This document shows, piece after piece, positions 43,501 through 56,188 of a stretch of DNA of 64,000 bases. Source of the DNA: the human T2T-CHM13v2.0 reference genome, Homo sapiens; assembly GCA_009914755.4 (NCBI GenBank), contig CP086569.2:30752001-30816000 (forward strand). Reading direction: 5' to 3'. The notes below the pieces were generated by a model that made no database searches, was not told where the DNA came from, and saw nothing but the letters and a program-made list of their open reading frames with translations. A program made the translations under genes and the position numbers. The first letter of the stretch is position 1, and each line of letters begins with the position of its first letter.

Positions 43501-45536
43501 TCGAAACGAATGGAATGGAATCGAACTGAAGAGACTGGAATGGAATGCACTGGAATGGAAGGGAGTGTAATGGAAGGTTCTCGAAAAAAATGGAATCGAA
43601 TGGAATGGAATTGAATGGAACGGAATAGAGTCGAATGGAATTGAATGGAATGGAATGGACTAGAGTGAAATGGAATCGAACCACAAGGAATGGACATGAA
43701 TAGAATGGTCTCGAATTGAATGGAATCGTATGGAATGGCATCAAACGGAATGGAATGGACAGCCACGGAATGGAATGCACTCGAATGCAATGGAGTCGAA
43801 ACTAATGGACTGGAATAGAATGGACTCGACTGGTACGGACTCCAATGGAATGGAATCGAATGGAAGGGAATCGAACGGAATGGACTCGAAGGGAAAAGAC
43901 TGCAATGGAAAGGTCTCGAATGGAATGGAAATTAATGGAATGGAATGGAATCGAATGAAATGGAGTCAAAAGGAATGGAATCGAATGGCAAGAAATCGAA
44001 TGTAATGGAATCACAAGGAATTGATGTGAACGGAACGGAATGGAATGGAATCCAAAGGAATGGAATAGAATGGAATGGAATCGAACGGAAAGGACTCGAA
44101 TGGAAATCACTCTAATAGAATGCAATTTAATAAAATAGGATAAAATGTAATGGAATGGAATGGAAGGGAATCGAAACGAAAGGAATGGAGACAGATGGAA
44201 TGGAATGGAACAGAGAGCAATGGTATAGAATGGAATGGAATCATCTGGAATGGAATTGAATGGAATGGAATAATATGAAATGGAATGGAATGGAATTCAT
44301 TGGAATGGAAGGGAATGTAGTGTAATGGACAGGCCTGGAATAAAGTGGAATGCTACGGTCTCGAATGGAATAAAAATGTATGGAATGGAATGCAATGAAA
44401 CGGAATCGAATGTCATAGAATGTAATGGAATGCAAAAAAATGGAATCCAAAATCATTGACTGGAAAGGCTGGGTGTCGAAAGGAATTGACTCCAATGGAA
44501 TGGAATCAAATGGAATGGAAGTGAATAGAATCGAACTAAATCGAATGGAATGGAATTGATAGGAACGGAATGGAAAGGAATGCAATGATTTGGCATGGAA
44601 TGGAATCGAATGGCATCGAATGGAATGGAATGGAATGCAATGGAATGGAATGTATTAGAATGTAATGAACTTTAATGGAATGTACTCGAATGGATTCGAC
44701 TGGAATGGAATGTTCTGGAAGTGAATGGACTCCAATGGAATGGATTCAAAAGGAATGGAATCGTACAGAATGGAATCTAATGGAATGGAATTAAATGGAA
44801 ATGAATCAAATTGAATAGCACGGAATTGAATTGAATGAAATGGAATGCAATGGAATCTAATGAAACGGAAAGGAAAGGAATGGAATGGAATGGAATGGGC
44901 TGGAATGGAAAGGAATCGAAACGAATGGAATGGAATCGAACTGAAGAGACTGGAATGGAATGCACTGGAATGGAAGGGAGTGTAATGGAAGGTTCTCGAA
45001 AAAAATGGAATCGAATGGAATGCAATTGAATGGAACGGAATAGAGTCGAATGGAATTGAATGGAATGGAATGGACTAGAGTGAAATGGAATCGAACCACA
45101 AGGAATGGACAGGAATAGAATGGTCTCGAATTGAATGGAATCGTATGGAATGGCATCAAACGGAATGGAATGGACAGCCACGGAATGGAATGCACTCGAA
45201 TGCAATGGAGTCGAAACTAATGGACTGGAATAGAATGGACTCGACTGGTACGGACTCCAATGGAATGGAATCGAATGGAAGGGAATCGAACGGAATGGAC
45301 TCGAAGGGAAAAGACTGCAATGGAAAGGTCTCGAATGGAATGGAAATTAATGGAATGGAATGGAATCGAATGAAATGGAGTCAAAAGTAATGGAATCGAA
45401 TGGCAAGAAATCGAATGTAATGGAATCGCAAGGAATTGATGTGAACGGAACGGAATGGAATGGAATCCAAAGGAATGGAATAGAATGGAATGGAATCGAA
45501 TGGAAAGGACTCGAATGGAAATCACTCGAATAGAAT
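40554..45536 (+). repeat. HOR unit U12, long variant (4983 bp) with the same 1.415-kb internal tandem duplication
   Basis: Landmark at 40554, duplicated landmarks at 44122 and 45537 (+1415). GGCC at 42917 and 44332 (+1415). Junction at ~44283-44297 in the same microhomology as U10. Confidence 0.85.
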
Positions 45537-45707
45537 GCAATTTAATAAAATAGGATCAAATGTAATGGAATGGAATGGAAAGGAATCGAAACGAAAGGAA
45601 TGGAGACAGATGGAATGGAATGGAACAGAGAGCAATGGTATAGAATGGAATGGAATCATCTGGAATGGAATTGAATGGAATGGAATAATATGAAATGGAA
45701 TGGAATG
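44293..45707 (+). repeat. Second copy of the 1.415-kb intra-unit tandem duplication (first copy ~42878-44292)
   Basis: 'ggaattcattgg' at 42877-42888 and 44292-44303. 'aatatg' ends at 44277 and 45692. The pseudo-ORF 43362..43790 repeats at 44777..45205. Confidence 0.85.
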
Positions 45708-48700
45708 GAATGGAATGGAATGGAATGGAATGCCCTTGAATTAAATGGACTGGAATGGAATGGACTCGAACAGAGTGGAATGGAAAGTGTTGAGATAGAA
45801 TGGAATGGACTCCTTTGGAATGGTCTAGTATGCAATGCAATCGACTGGTAGGGAATCAAAAGGAATGTAATCGAATGGATTGGACTGGAATGCAATGGAC
45901 TCGAATAGATTGGAAACGGAATGCAAAGGAATGGAATGGAATAGTATGGAATGGAATGGAAAGGAATGGAGTGGAATAGACTAGAGTGGAATGGAATGGA
46001 CTGGAAAGCAATGGACTGGAATGGAACTTTCTTGAATGGACTGGAATCAAACGGAATGGAATGCAATGCAATCAAATGGCATGGAATAAAATAGAATGAA
46101 AGAGAATCAAATGGAATTGAATCGAATGGAATCCAATGGATTGGAAAGGAATAGAATGGAATGGAATGGAATTGACTCAAATGGAATGGACTAGAATGGA
46201 ATGGATTCGAATGGAAGGCAAAGGAATGGAATCTATTGGAATGGACTGTAATGGAATGGAATGGAAGGGATTGGAATGGACTCGAATGGAATGGACTGCA
46301 ATAGAAAGGATTCGAATGGAATGAAAAAGAATTGAATGGAATAGAACAGAATGGAATCAAATCGAATGAAATGGAATGGAATAGAAAGGAATGGAATGAA
46401 ATGGAATGGAAAGGATTCGAATGGAATGCAATCGAATGGAATGGAATCGAACGGAATGGAATAAAATGGAAGAAAACTGGCAAGAAATGGAATCGAAATG
46501 AATGGAGTGTTATGGAACGGACTCAAAAGGAATTGAATGTAATAGAATGGAGTGGAGTGGACTCGAATATAATGGACTGGAATGGAATGAAATCACATGG
46601 AATGGGAACGAATGGAATGGAATGGAAAGGAATGGAATCGAATGGAAAGGAATCGAATGGAAGGGAATGAAATTGAATCAACAGGAATGGAAGGGAATAG
46701 AATAGACGGTAATGGAATGGACTCGAATAGAATGGACACGAATGCTCAATTTGAATGGACTCGAATGGAATGGAAACGAAAGGAATGTCATCGAATGGAA
46801 TTGAATCGATTGGAATGAAATCGCATAGAATGGAGTGGAATCAAATGGAATTGAATCGAAAGGAAAGGAAGCGAATGGACTGAAATGAAATGGAATGGAA
46901 TTGAATGGAAAGTAATGCAATGGAATAGAATGGAACGAAATTTCACGGAATGGAATCAAACTGAATGGAATCAAATCAATGGAATCAAATCAAATGGAAT
47001 GGAAAGGAATTGAATGGAGTAGATTGGATTGGATGGGATTGGAATGAAATGTACTGGAAAGGACTCGAATTTCATGAAACGGAATGGAATGAATTGGAAC
47101 GGAATGGACTCGAATGGAATGGAATGTCATGGAATGGCATCAAATGGAATGGCATCAAATGGAATGGAATCGAATGGAATGGAATGCATTGGAATGGAAT
47201 GTCCTCTAATGGAATGGATTCGAGTGGAATGGAATCGAATATAATGGAGTCGAATGAAATGGAATTGAAAGGAATGGGATCGAATACAATGGAATATACT
47301 GGAATGTAATGTAATGAACTCGAATGTAATTGACTGGAATGGAATGTACGTGAATGGAATGTAATCGAATGGAAAGTAATCCAATGGAATAGAATCTAAT
47401 GCAATAAAATCGACTCAGATAGAGTAGAATGTAATGGAATGGAGTGCAGTGCAATGGAATGGAATGGAATGGAATGCAATTGAATGGAATGGAATGGAAT
47501 GGAATGGAATGGAATGGGATGGAATGGTATGGAATAGATAGTAATGGACTGGAGTTAAATGGACTGGAAAGGAATGGACTCAAATTGAAAGGGCTCGAAA
47601 GGAATGGAGTCAAATGGAATGGTCTGGAATGGAATGAACACGAATGTAATGCAATCCAATAGAATGGAATCGAATGGCATGGAATATAAAGAAATGGAAT
47701 CAGAGAGAATGGAAACAAATGGAATGGAATTGAATGGAATGGAATTGAATGGAATGGGAACGAATGGAGTGAAATTGTATGCAGTATAAGGGAATAGAAT
47801 GGAATGCAAGCGAGAGGAAAGGAATGGATTGGAATGGAATGGAATTCATTGGAATGGAAGGGAATGTAGTGTAATGGACAGGCCTGGAATAAAGTGGAAT
47901 GCTACGGTCTCGAATGGAATAAAAATGTATGGAATGGAATGCAATGAAATGGAATCGAATGTCATAGAATGTAATGGAATGCAACAAAATGGAATCCAAT
48001 ATCATTGACTGGAAAGGCTGGGTGTCGAAAGGAATTGACTCCAATGGAATGGAATCGAATGGAATGGAAGTGAATAGAATCGAACTAAATCGAATGGAAT
48101 GGAATTGATAGGAACGGAATGGAAAGGAATGCAATGATTTGGCATGGAATGGAATCGAATGGCATCGAATGGAATGGAATGGAATGCAATGGAATGGAAT
48201 GTATTAGAATGTAATGAACTTTAATGGAATGTACTCGAATGGATTCGACTGGAATGGAATGTTCTGGAAGTGAATGGACTCCAATGGAATGGATTCAAAA
48301 GGAATGGAATCGTACGGAATGGAATCTAATGGAATGGAATTAAATGGAAATGAATCAAATTGAATAGCACGGAATTGAATTGAATGGAATGGAATGCAAT
48401 GGAATCTAATGAAACGGAAAGGAAAGGAATGGAATGGAATGGAATGGGCTGGAATGGAAAGGAATCGAAACGAATGGAATGGAATCGAACTGAAGAGACT
48501 GGAATGGAATGCACTGGAATGGAAGGGAGTGTAATGGAAGGTTCTCGAAAAAAATGGAATCGAATGGAATGGAATTGAATGGAACGGAATAGAGTCGAAT
48601 GGAATTGAATGGAATGGAATGGACTAGAGTGAAATGGAATCGAACCACAAGGAATGGAGAGGAATAGAATGGTCTCGAATTGAATGGAATCGTATGGAAT

Positions 48701-49085
48701 GGCATCAAACGGAATGGAATGGACAGCCACGGAATGGAATGCACTCGAATGCAATGGAGTCGAAACTAATGGACTGGAATAGAATGGACTCGACTGGTAC
48801 GGACTCCAATGGAATGGAATCGAATGGAAGGGAATCGAACGGAATGGACTCGAAGGGAAAAGACTGCAATGGAAAGGTCTCGAATGGAATGGAAATTAAT
48901 GGAATGGAATGGAATCGAATGAAATGGAGTCAAAAGGAATGGAATCGAATGGCAAGAAATCGAATGTAATGGAATCGCAAGGAATTGATGTGAACGGAAC
49001 GGAATGGAATGGAATCCAAAGGAATGGAATAGAATGGAATGGAATCGAATGGAAAGGACTCGAATGGAAATCACTCGAATAGAAT
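45537..49085 (+). repeat. HOR unit U13 (3549 bp); carries a 20-bp pentamer-phase deletion
   Basis: Landmark at 45537; GGCC at 47881. At ~47171 'cgaatggaatggaatgcattgg' replaces the usual 'cgaatgcaatggaatgctatggaatggaatggaatgcattgg'. Shares 'gctcaatttgaatgg' (~46747) with U11. Confidence 0.85.
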
Positions 49086-52000
49086 GCAATTTAATAAAAT
49101 AGGATCAAATGTAATGGAATGGAATGGAAAGGAATCGAAACGAAAGGAATGGAGACAGATGGAATGGAATGGAACAGAGAGCAATGGTATAGAATGGAAT
49201 GGAATCATCTGGAATGGAATTGAATGGAATGGAATAATATGAAATGGAATGGAATGGAATGGAATGGAATGCCCTTGAATTAAATGGACTGGAATGGAAT
49301 GGACTCGAACAGAGTGGAATGGAAAGTGTTGAGATAGAATGGAATGGACTCCTTTGGAATGGTCTAGTATGCAATGCAATCGACTGGCAGGGAATCAAAA
49401 GGAATGTAATCGAATGGATTGGACTGGAATGCAATGGACTCGAATAGATTGGAAACGGAATGCAAAGGAATGGAATGGAATAGTATGGAATGGAATGGAA
49501 AGGAATGGAGTGGAATAGACTAGAGTGGAATGGAATGGACTGGAAAGCAATGGACTGGAATGGAACTTTCTTGAATGGACTGGAATCAAACGGAATGGAA
49601 TGCAATGCAATCAAATGGCATGGAATAAAATAGAATGAAAGAGAATCAAATGGAATTGAATCGAATGGAATCGAATGGATTGGAAAGGAATAGAATGGAA
49701 TGGAATGGAATTGACTCAAATGGAATGGACTAGAATGGAATGGATTCGAATGGAAGGCAAAGGAATGGAATCTATTGGAATGGACTGTAATGGAATGGAA
49801 TGGAAGGGATTGGAATGGACTCGAATGGAATGGACTGCAATAGAAAGGATTCGAATGGAATGAAAAAGAATTGAATGGAATAGAACAGAATGGAATCAAA
49901 TCGAATGAAATGGAATGGAATAGAAAGGAATGGAATGAAATGGAATGGAAAGGATTCGAATGGAATGCAATCGAATGGAATGGAATCGAACGGAATGGAA
50001 TAAAATGGAAGAAAACTGGCAAGAAATGGAATCGAAATGAATGGAGTGTTATGGAACGGACTCAAAAGGAATTGAATGTAATAGAATGGAGTGGAGTGGA
50101 CTCGAATATAATGGACTGGAATGGAATGAAATCACATGGAATGGGAACGAATGGAATGGAATGGAAAGGAATGGAATCGAATGGAAAGGAATCGAATGGA
50201 AGGGAATGAAATTGAATCAACAGGAATGGAAGGGAATAGAATAGACGGTAATGGAATGGACTCGAATAGAATGGACACGAATGTTCAAATTGAATGGACT
50301 CGAATGGAATGGAAACGAAAGGAATGTCATCGAATGGAATTGAATCGATTGGAATGAAATCGCATAGAATGGAGTGGAATCAAATGGAATTGAATCGAAA
50401 GGAAAGGAAGCGAATGGACTGAAATGAAATGGAATGGAATTGAATGGAAAGTAATGCAATGGAATAGAATGGAACGAAATTTCACGGAATGGAATCAAAC
50501 TGAATGGAATCAAATCAATGGAATCAAATCAAATGGAATGGAAAGGAATTGAATGGAGTAGATGGGATTGGATGGGATTGGAATGAAATGTACTGGAAAG
50601 GACTCGAATTTCATGAAACGGAATGGAATGAATTGGAACGGAATGGACTCGAATGGAATGGAATGTCATGGAATGGCATCGAATGGAATGGCATCAAATG
50701 GAATGGAATCGACTGCAATGGAATGTTATGGAATGGAATGGAATGCATTGGAATGGAATGTCCTCTAATGGAATGGATTCGAGTGGAATGGAATCGAATA
50801 TAATGGAGTCGAATGAAATGGAATTGAAAGGAATGGGATCGAATAGAATGGAATATACTGGAATGTAATGTAATGAACACGAATGTAATTGACTGGAATG
50901 GAATGTACATGAATGGAAGGTAATCGAATGGAAAGTAATCCAATGGAATAGAATCTAATGCAATAAAACCGACTCAGATAGAGTAGAATGTAATGGAATG
51001 GAGTGCAGTGCAATGGAATGGAATGGAATTGAATGCAATGGAATGGAATGGAATGGAATGGAATGGGATGGAATGGGATGGAATGGTATGGAATGGATAG
51101 AAATGGACTGGAGTGAAATGGACTGGAAAGGAATGCACTCAAATTGAAAGGGCTCGAAAGGAATGGAGTCAAATGGAATGGTCTGGAATGGAATGAACAC
51201 GAATGTAATGCAATCCAATAGAATGGAATCGAATGGCATGGAATATAAAGAAATGGATTCGAAGAGAATGGAAACAAATGGAATGGAATTGAATGGAATG
51301 GAATTGAATGGAATGGGAACGAATGGAGTGAAATTGTATGCAGTAGAAGGGAATAGAATGGAATGCAAGCGAAAGGAAAGGAATGGATTGGAATGGAATG
51401 GAATTCATTGGAATGGAAGGGAATGTAGTGTAATGGACAGGCCTGGAATAAAGTGGAATGCTACGGTCTCGAATGGAATAAAAATGTATGGAATGGAATG
51501 CAATGAAACGGAATCGAATGTCATAGAATGTAATGGAATGCAAAAAAATGGAATCCAAAATCATTGACTGGAAAGGCTGGGTGTCGAAAGGAATTGACTC
51601 CAATGGAATGGAATCGAATGGAATGGAAGTGAATAGAATCGAACTAAATCGAATGGAATGGAATTGATAGGAACGGAATGGAAAGGAATGCAATGATTTG
51701 GCATGGAATGGAATCGAATGGCATCGAATGGAATGGAATGGAATGCAATGGAATGGAATGTATTAGAATGTAATGAACTTTAATGGAACGTACTCGAATG
51801 GATTCGACTGGAATGGAATGTTCTGGAAGTGAATGGACTCCAATGGAATGGATTCAAAAGGAATGGAATTGTACGGAATGGAATCTAATGGAATGGAATT
51901 AAATGGAAATGAATCAAATTGAATAGCACGGAATTGAATTGAATGGAATGGAATGCAATGGAATCTAATGAAACGGAAAGGAAAGGAATGGAATGGAATG

Positions 52001-52644
52001 GAATGGGCTGGAATGGAAAGGAATCGAAACGAATGGAATGGAATCGAACTGAAGAGACTGGAATGGAATGCACTGGAATGGAAGGGAGTGTAATGGAAGG
52101 TTCTCGAAAAAAATGGAATCGAATGGAATGGAATTGAATGGAACGGAATAGAGTCGAATGGAATTGAATGGAATGGAATGGACTAGAGTGAAATGGAATC
52201 GAACCACAAGGAATGGACAGGAATAGAATGGTCTCGAATTGAATGGAATCGTATGGAATGGCATCAAACGGAATGGAATGGACAGCCACGGAATGGAATG
52301 CACTCGAATGCAATGGAGTCGAAACTAATGGACTGGAATAGAATGGACTCGACTGGTACGGACTCCAATGGAATGGAATCGAATGGAAGGGAATCGAACG
52401 GAATGGACTCGAAGGGAAAAGACTGCAATGGAAAGGTCTCGAATGGAATGGAAATTAATGGAATGGAATGGAATCGAATGAAATGGAGTCAAAAGGAATG
52501 GAATCGAATGGCAAGAAATCGAATGTAATGGAATCGCAAGGAATTGATGTGAACGGAACGGAATGGAATGGAATCCAAAGGAATGGAATAGAATGGAATG
52601 GAATCGAATGGAAAGGACTCGAATGGAAATCACTCGAATAGAAT
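49086..52644 (+). repeat. HOR unit U14 (3559 bp)
   Basis: Landmark at 49086; GGCC at 51440. Confidence 0.85.
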
Positions 52645-55600
52645 GCAATTTAATAAAATAGGATCAAATGTAATGGATTGGAATGGAAAGGAATCGAAAC
52701 GAAAGGAATGGAGACAGATGGAATGGAATAGAACAGAGAGCAATGGTATAGAATGGAATGGAATCATCTGGAATGGAATTGAATGGAATGGAATAATATG
52801 AAATGGAATGGAATGGAATGGAATGGAATGCCCTTGAATTAAATGGACTGGAATGGAATGGACTCGAACAGAGTGGAATGGAAAGTGTTGAGATAGAATG
52901 GAATGGACTCCTTTGGAATGGTGTAGTATGCAATGCAATCGACTGGCAGGGAATCAAATGGAATGTAATCGAATGGATTGGACTGGAATGCAATGGACTC
53001 GAATAGATTGCAAACGGAATGCAAAGGAATGGAATGGAATAGTATGGAATGGAATGGAAAGGAATGGAGTGGAATAGACTAGAGTGGAATGGAATGGACT
53101 GGAAAGCAATGGACTGGAATGGAACTTTCTTGAATGGACTGGAATCAAACGGAATGGAATGCAATGCAATCAAATGGCATGGAATAAAATAGAATGAAAG
53201 AGAATCAAATGGAATTGAATCGAATGGAATCGAATGGATTGGAAAGGAATAGAATGGAATGGAATGGAATGGACTCAAATGGAATGGACTAGAATGGAAT
53301 GGATTCGAATGGAAGGCAAAGGAATGGAATCTATTGGAATGGACTGTAATGGAATGGAATGGAAGTGATTGGAATGGACTCGAATGGAATGGACTGCAAT
53401 AGAAAGGATTCGAATGGAATGAAAAAGAATTGAATGGAATAGAACAGAATGGAATCAAATCGAATGAAATGGAATGGAATAGAAAGGAATGGAATGAAAT
53501 GGAATGGAAAGGATTCGAATGGAATGCAATCGAATGGAATGGAATCGAACGGAATGGAATAAAATGGAAGAAAACTGGCAAGAAATGGAATCGAAATGAA
53601 TGGAGTGTTATGGAACGGACTCAAAAGGAATTGAATGTAATAGAATGGAGTGGAGTGGACTCGAATATAATGGACTGGAATGGAATGAAATCACATGGAA
53701 TGGGAACGAATGGAATGGAATGGAAAGGAATGGAATCGAATGGAAAGGAATCGAATGGAAGGGAATGAAATTGAATCAACAGGAATGGAAGGGAATAGAA
53801 TAGACGGTAATGGAATGGACTCGAATAGAATGGACACGAATGCTCAAATTGAATGGACTCGAATGGAATGGAAACGAAAGGAATGTCATCGAATGGAATT
53901 GAATCGATTGGAATGAAATCGCATAGAATGGAGTGGAATCAAATGGAATTGAATCGAAAGGAAAGGAAGCGAATGGACTGAAATGAAATGGAATGGAATT
54001 GAATGGAAAGTAATGCAATGGAATAGAATGGAACGAAATTTCACGGAATGGAATCAAACTGAATGGAATCAAATCAATGGAATCAAATCAAATGGAATGG
54101 AAAGGAATTGAATGGAGTAGATGGGATTGGATGGGATTGGAATGAAATGTACTGGAAAGGACTCGAATTTCATGAAACGGAATGGAATGAATTGGAACGG
54201 AATGGACTCGAATGGAATGGAATGTCATGGAATGGCATCAAATGGAATGGCATCAAATGGAATGGAATCGAATGCAATGGAATGCTATGGAATGGAATGG
54301 AATGCATTGGAATGGAATGTCCTCTAATGGAATGGATTCGAGTGGAATGGAATCGAATATAATGGAGTCGAATGAAATGGAATTGAAAGGAATGGGATCG
54401 AATACAATGGAATATACTGGAATGTAATGTAATGAACGCGAATGTAATTGACTGGAATGGAATGTACATGAATGGAATGTAATCGAATGGAAAGTAATCC
54501 AATGGAATAGAATCTAATGCAATAAAATCGACTCAGATAGAGTAGAATGTAATGGAATGGAGTGCAGTGCAATGGAATGGAATGGAATGGAATGCAATGG
54601 AATGGAATGGGATGGAATGGAATGGAATTGAATGGGATGGAATGGTATGGAATGGACAGTAATGGACTGGAGTGAAATGGACTGGAAAGGAATGGACTCA
54701 AATTGAAAGGGCTCGAAAGGAATGGAGACAAATGGAATGGTCTGGAATGGAATGAACACGAATGTAATGCAACCCAATAGAATGGAGTCGAATGGCATGG
54801 AATATAAAGAAATGGAATCGAAGAGAATGGAAACAAATGGAATGGAATTGAATGGAATGGGAACGAATGGAGTGAAATTGTATGCAGTAGAAGAGAATAG
54901 AATGGAATGCAAGCGAAAGGAAAGGAATGGATTGGAATGGAATGGAATTCATTGGAATGGAAGGGAATGTAGTGTAATGGACAGGCCTGGAATAAAGTGG
55001 AATGCTACGGTCTCGAATGGAATAAAAATGTATGGAATGGAATGCAATGAAACGGAATCGAATGTCATAGAATGTAATGGAATGCAAAAAAATGGAATCC
55101 AAAATCATTGACTGGAAAGGCTGGGTGTCGAAAGGAATTGACTCCAATGGAATGGAATCGAATGGAATGGAAGTGAATAGAATCGAACTAAATCGAATGG
55201 AATGGAATTGATAGGAACGGAATGGAAAGGAATGCAATGATTTGGCATGGAATGGAATCGAATGGCATCGAATGGAATGGAATGGAATGCAATGGAATGG
55301 AATGTATTAGAATGTAATGAACTTTAATGGAATGTACTCGAATGGATTCGACTGGAATGGAATGTTCTGGAAGTGAATGGACTCCAATGGAATGGATTCA
55401 AAAGGAATGGAATCGTACGGAATGGAATCTAATGGAATGGAATTAAATGGAAATGAACCAAATTGAATAGCACGGAATTGAATTGAATGGAATGGAATGC
55501 AATGGAATCTAATGAAACGGAAAGGAAAGGAATGGAATGGAATGGAATGGGCTGGAATGGAAAGGAATCGAAACGAATGGAATGGAATCGAACTGAAGAG

Positions 55601-56188
55601 ACTGGAATGGAATGCACTGGAATGGAAGGGAGTGTAATGGAAGGTTCTCGAAAAAAATGGAATCGAATGGAATGGAATTGAATGGAACGGAATAGAGTCG
55701 AATGGAATTGAATGGAATGGAATGGACTAGAGTGAAATGGAATCGAACCACAAGGAATGGACAGGAATAGAATGGTCTCGAATTGAATGGAATCGTATGG
55801 AATGGCATCAAACGGAATGGAATGGACAGCCACGGAATGGAATGCACTCGAATGCAATGGAGTCGAAACTAATGGACTGGAATAGAATGGACTCGACTGG
55901 TACGGACTCCAATGGAATGGAATCGAATGGAAGGGAATCGAACGGAATGGACTCGAAGGGAAAAGACTGCAATGGAAAGGTCTCGAATGGAATGGAAATT
56001 AATGGAATGGAATGGAATCGAATGAAATGGAGTCAAAAGGAATGGAATCGAATGGCAAGAAATCGAATGTAATGGAATCGCAAGGAATTGATGTGAACGG
56101 AACGGAATGGAATGGAATCCAAAGGAATGGAATAGAATGGAATGGAATCGAATGGAAAGGACTCGAATGGAAATCACTCGAATAGAAT
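52645..56188 (+). repeat. HOR unit U15 (3544 bp)
   Basis: Landmark at 52645; GGCC at 54984. The first ~1 kb shares private variants with U12, e.g. 'caaatggaatgtaatcg' at ~52965 and ~40870. Confidence 0.85.

Noticed and set aside
32007-45536. Possibility that the two 4.97-kb long-form units represent an inserted foreign element or a gene-bearing island
   Set aside because: The extra 1.415 kb is an exact tandem re-use of the unit's own sequence (same landmark, same HaeIII island, same pseudo-ORFs). It contains no novel sequence.
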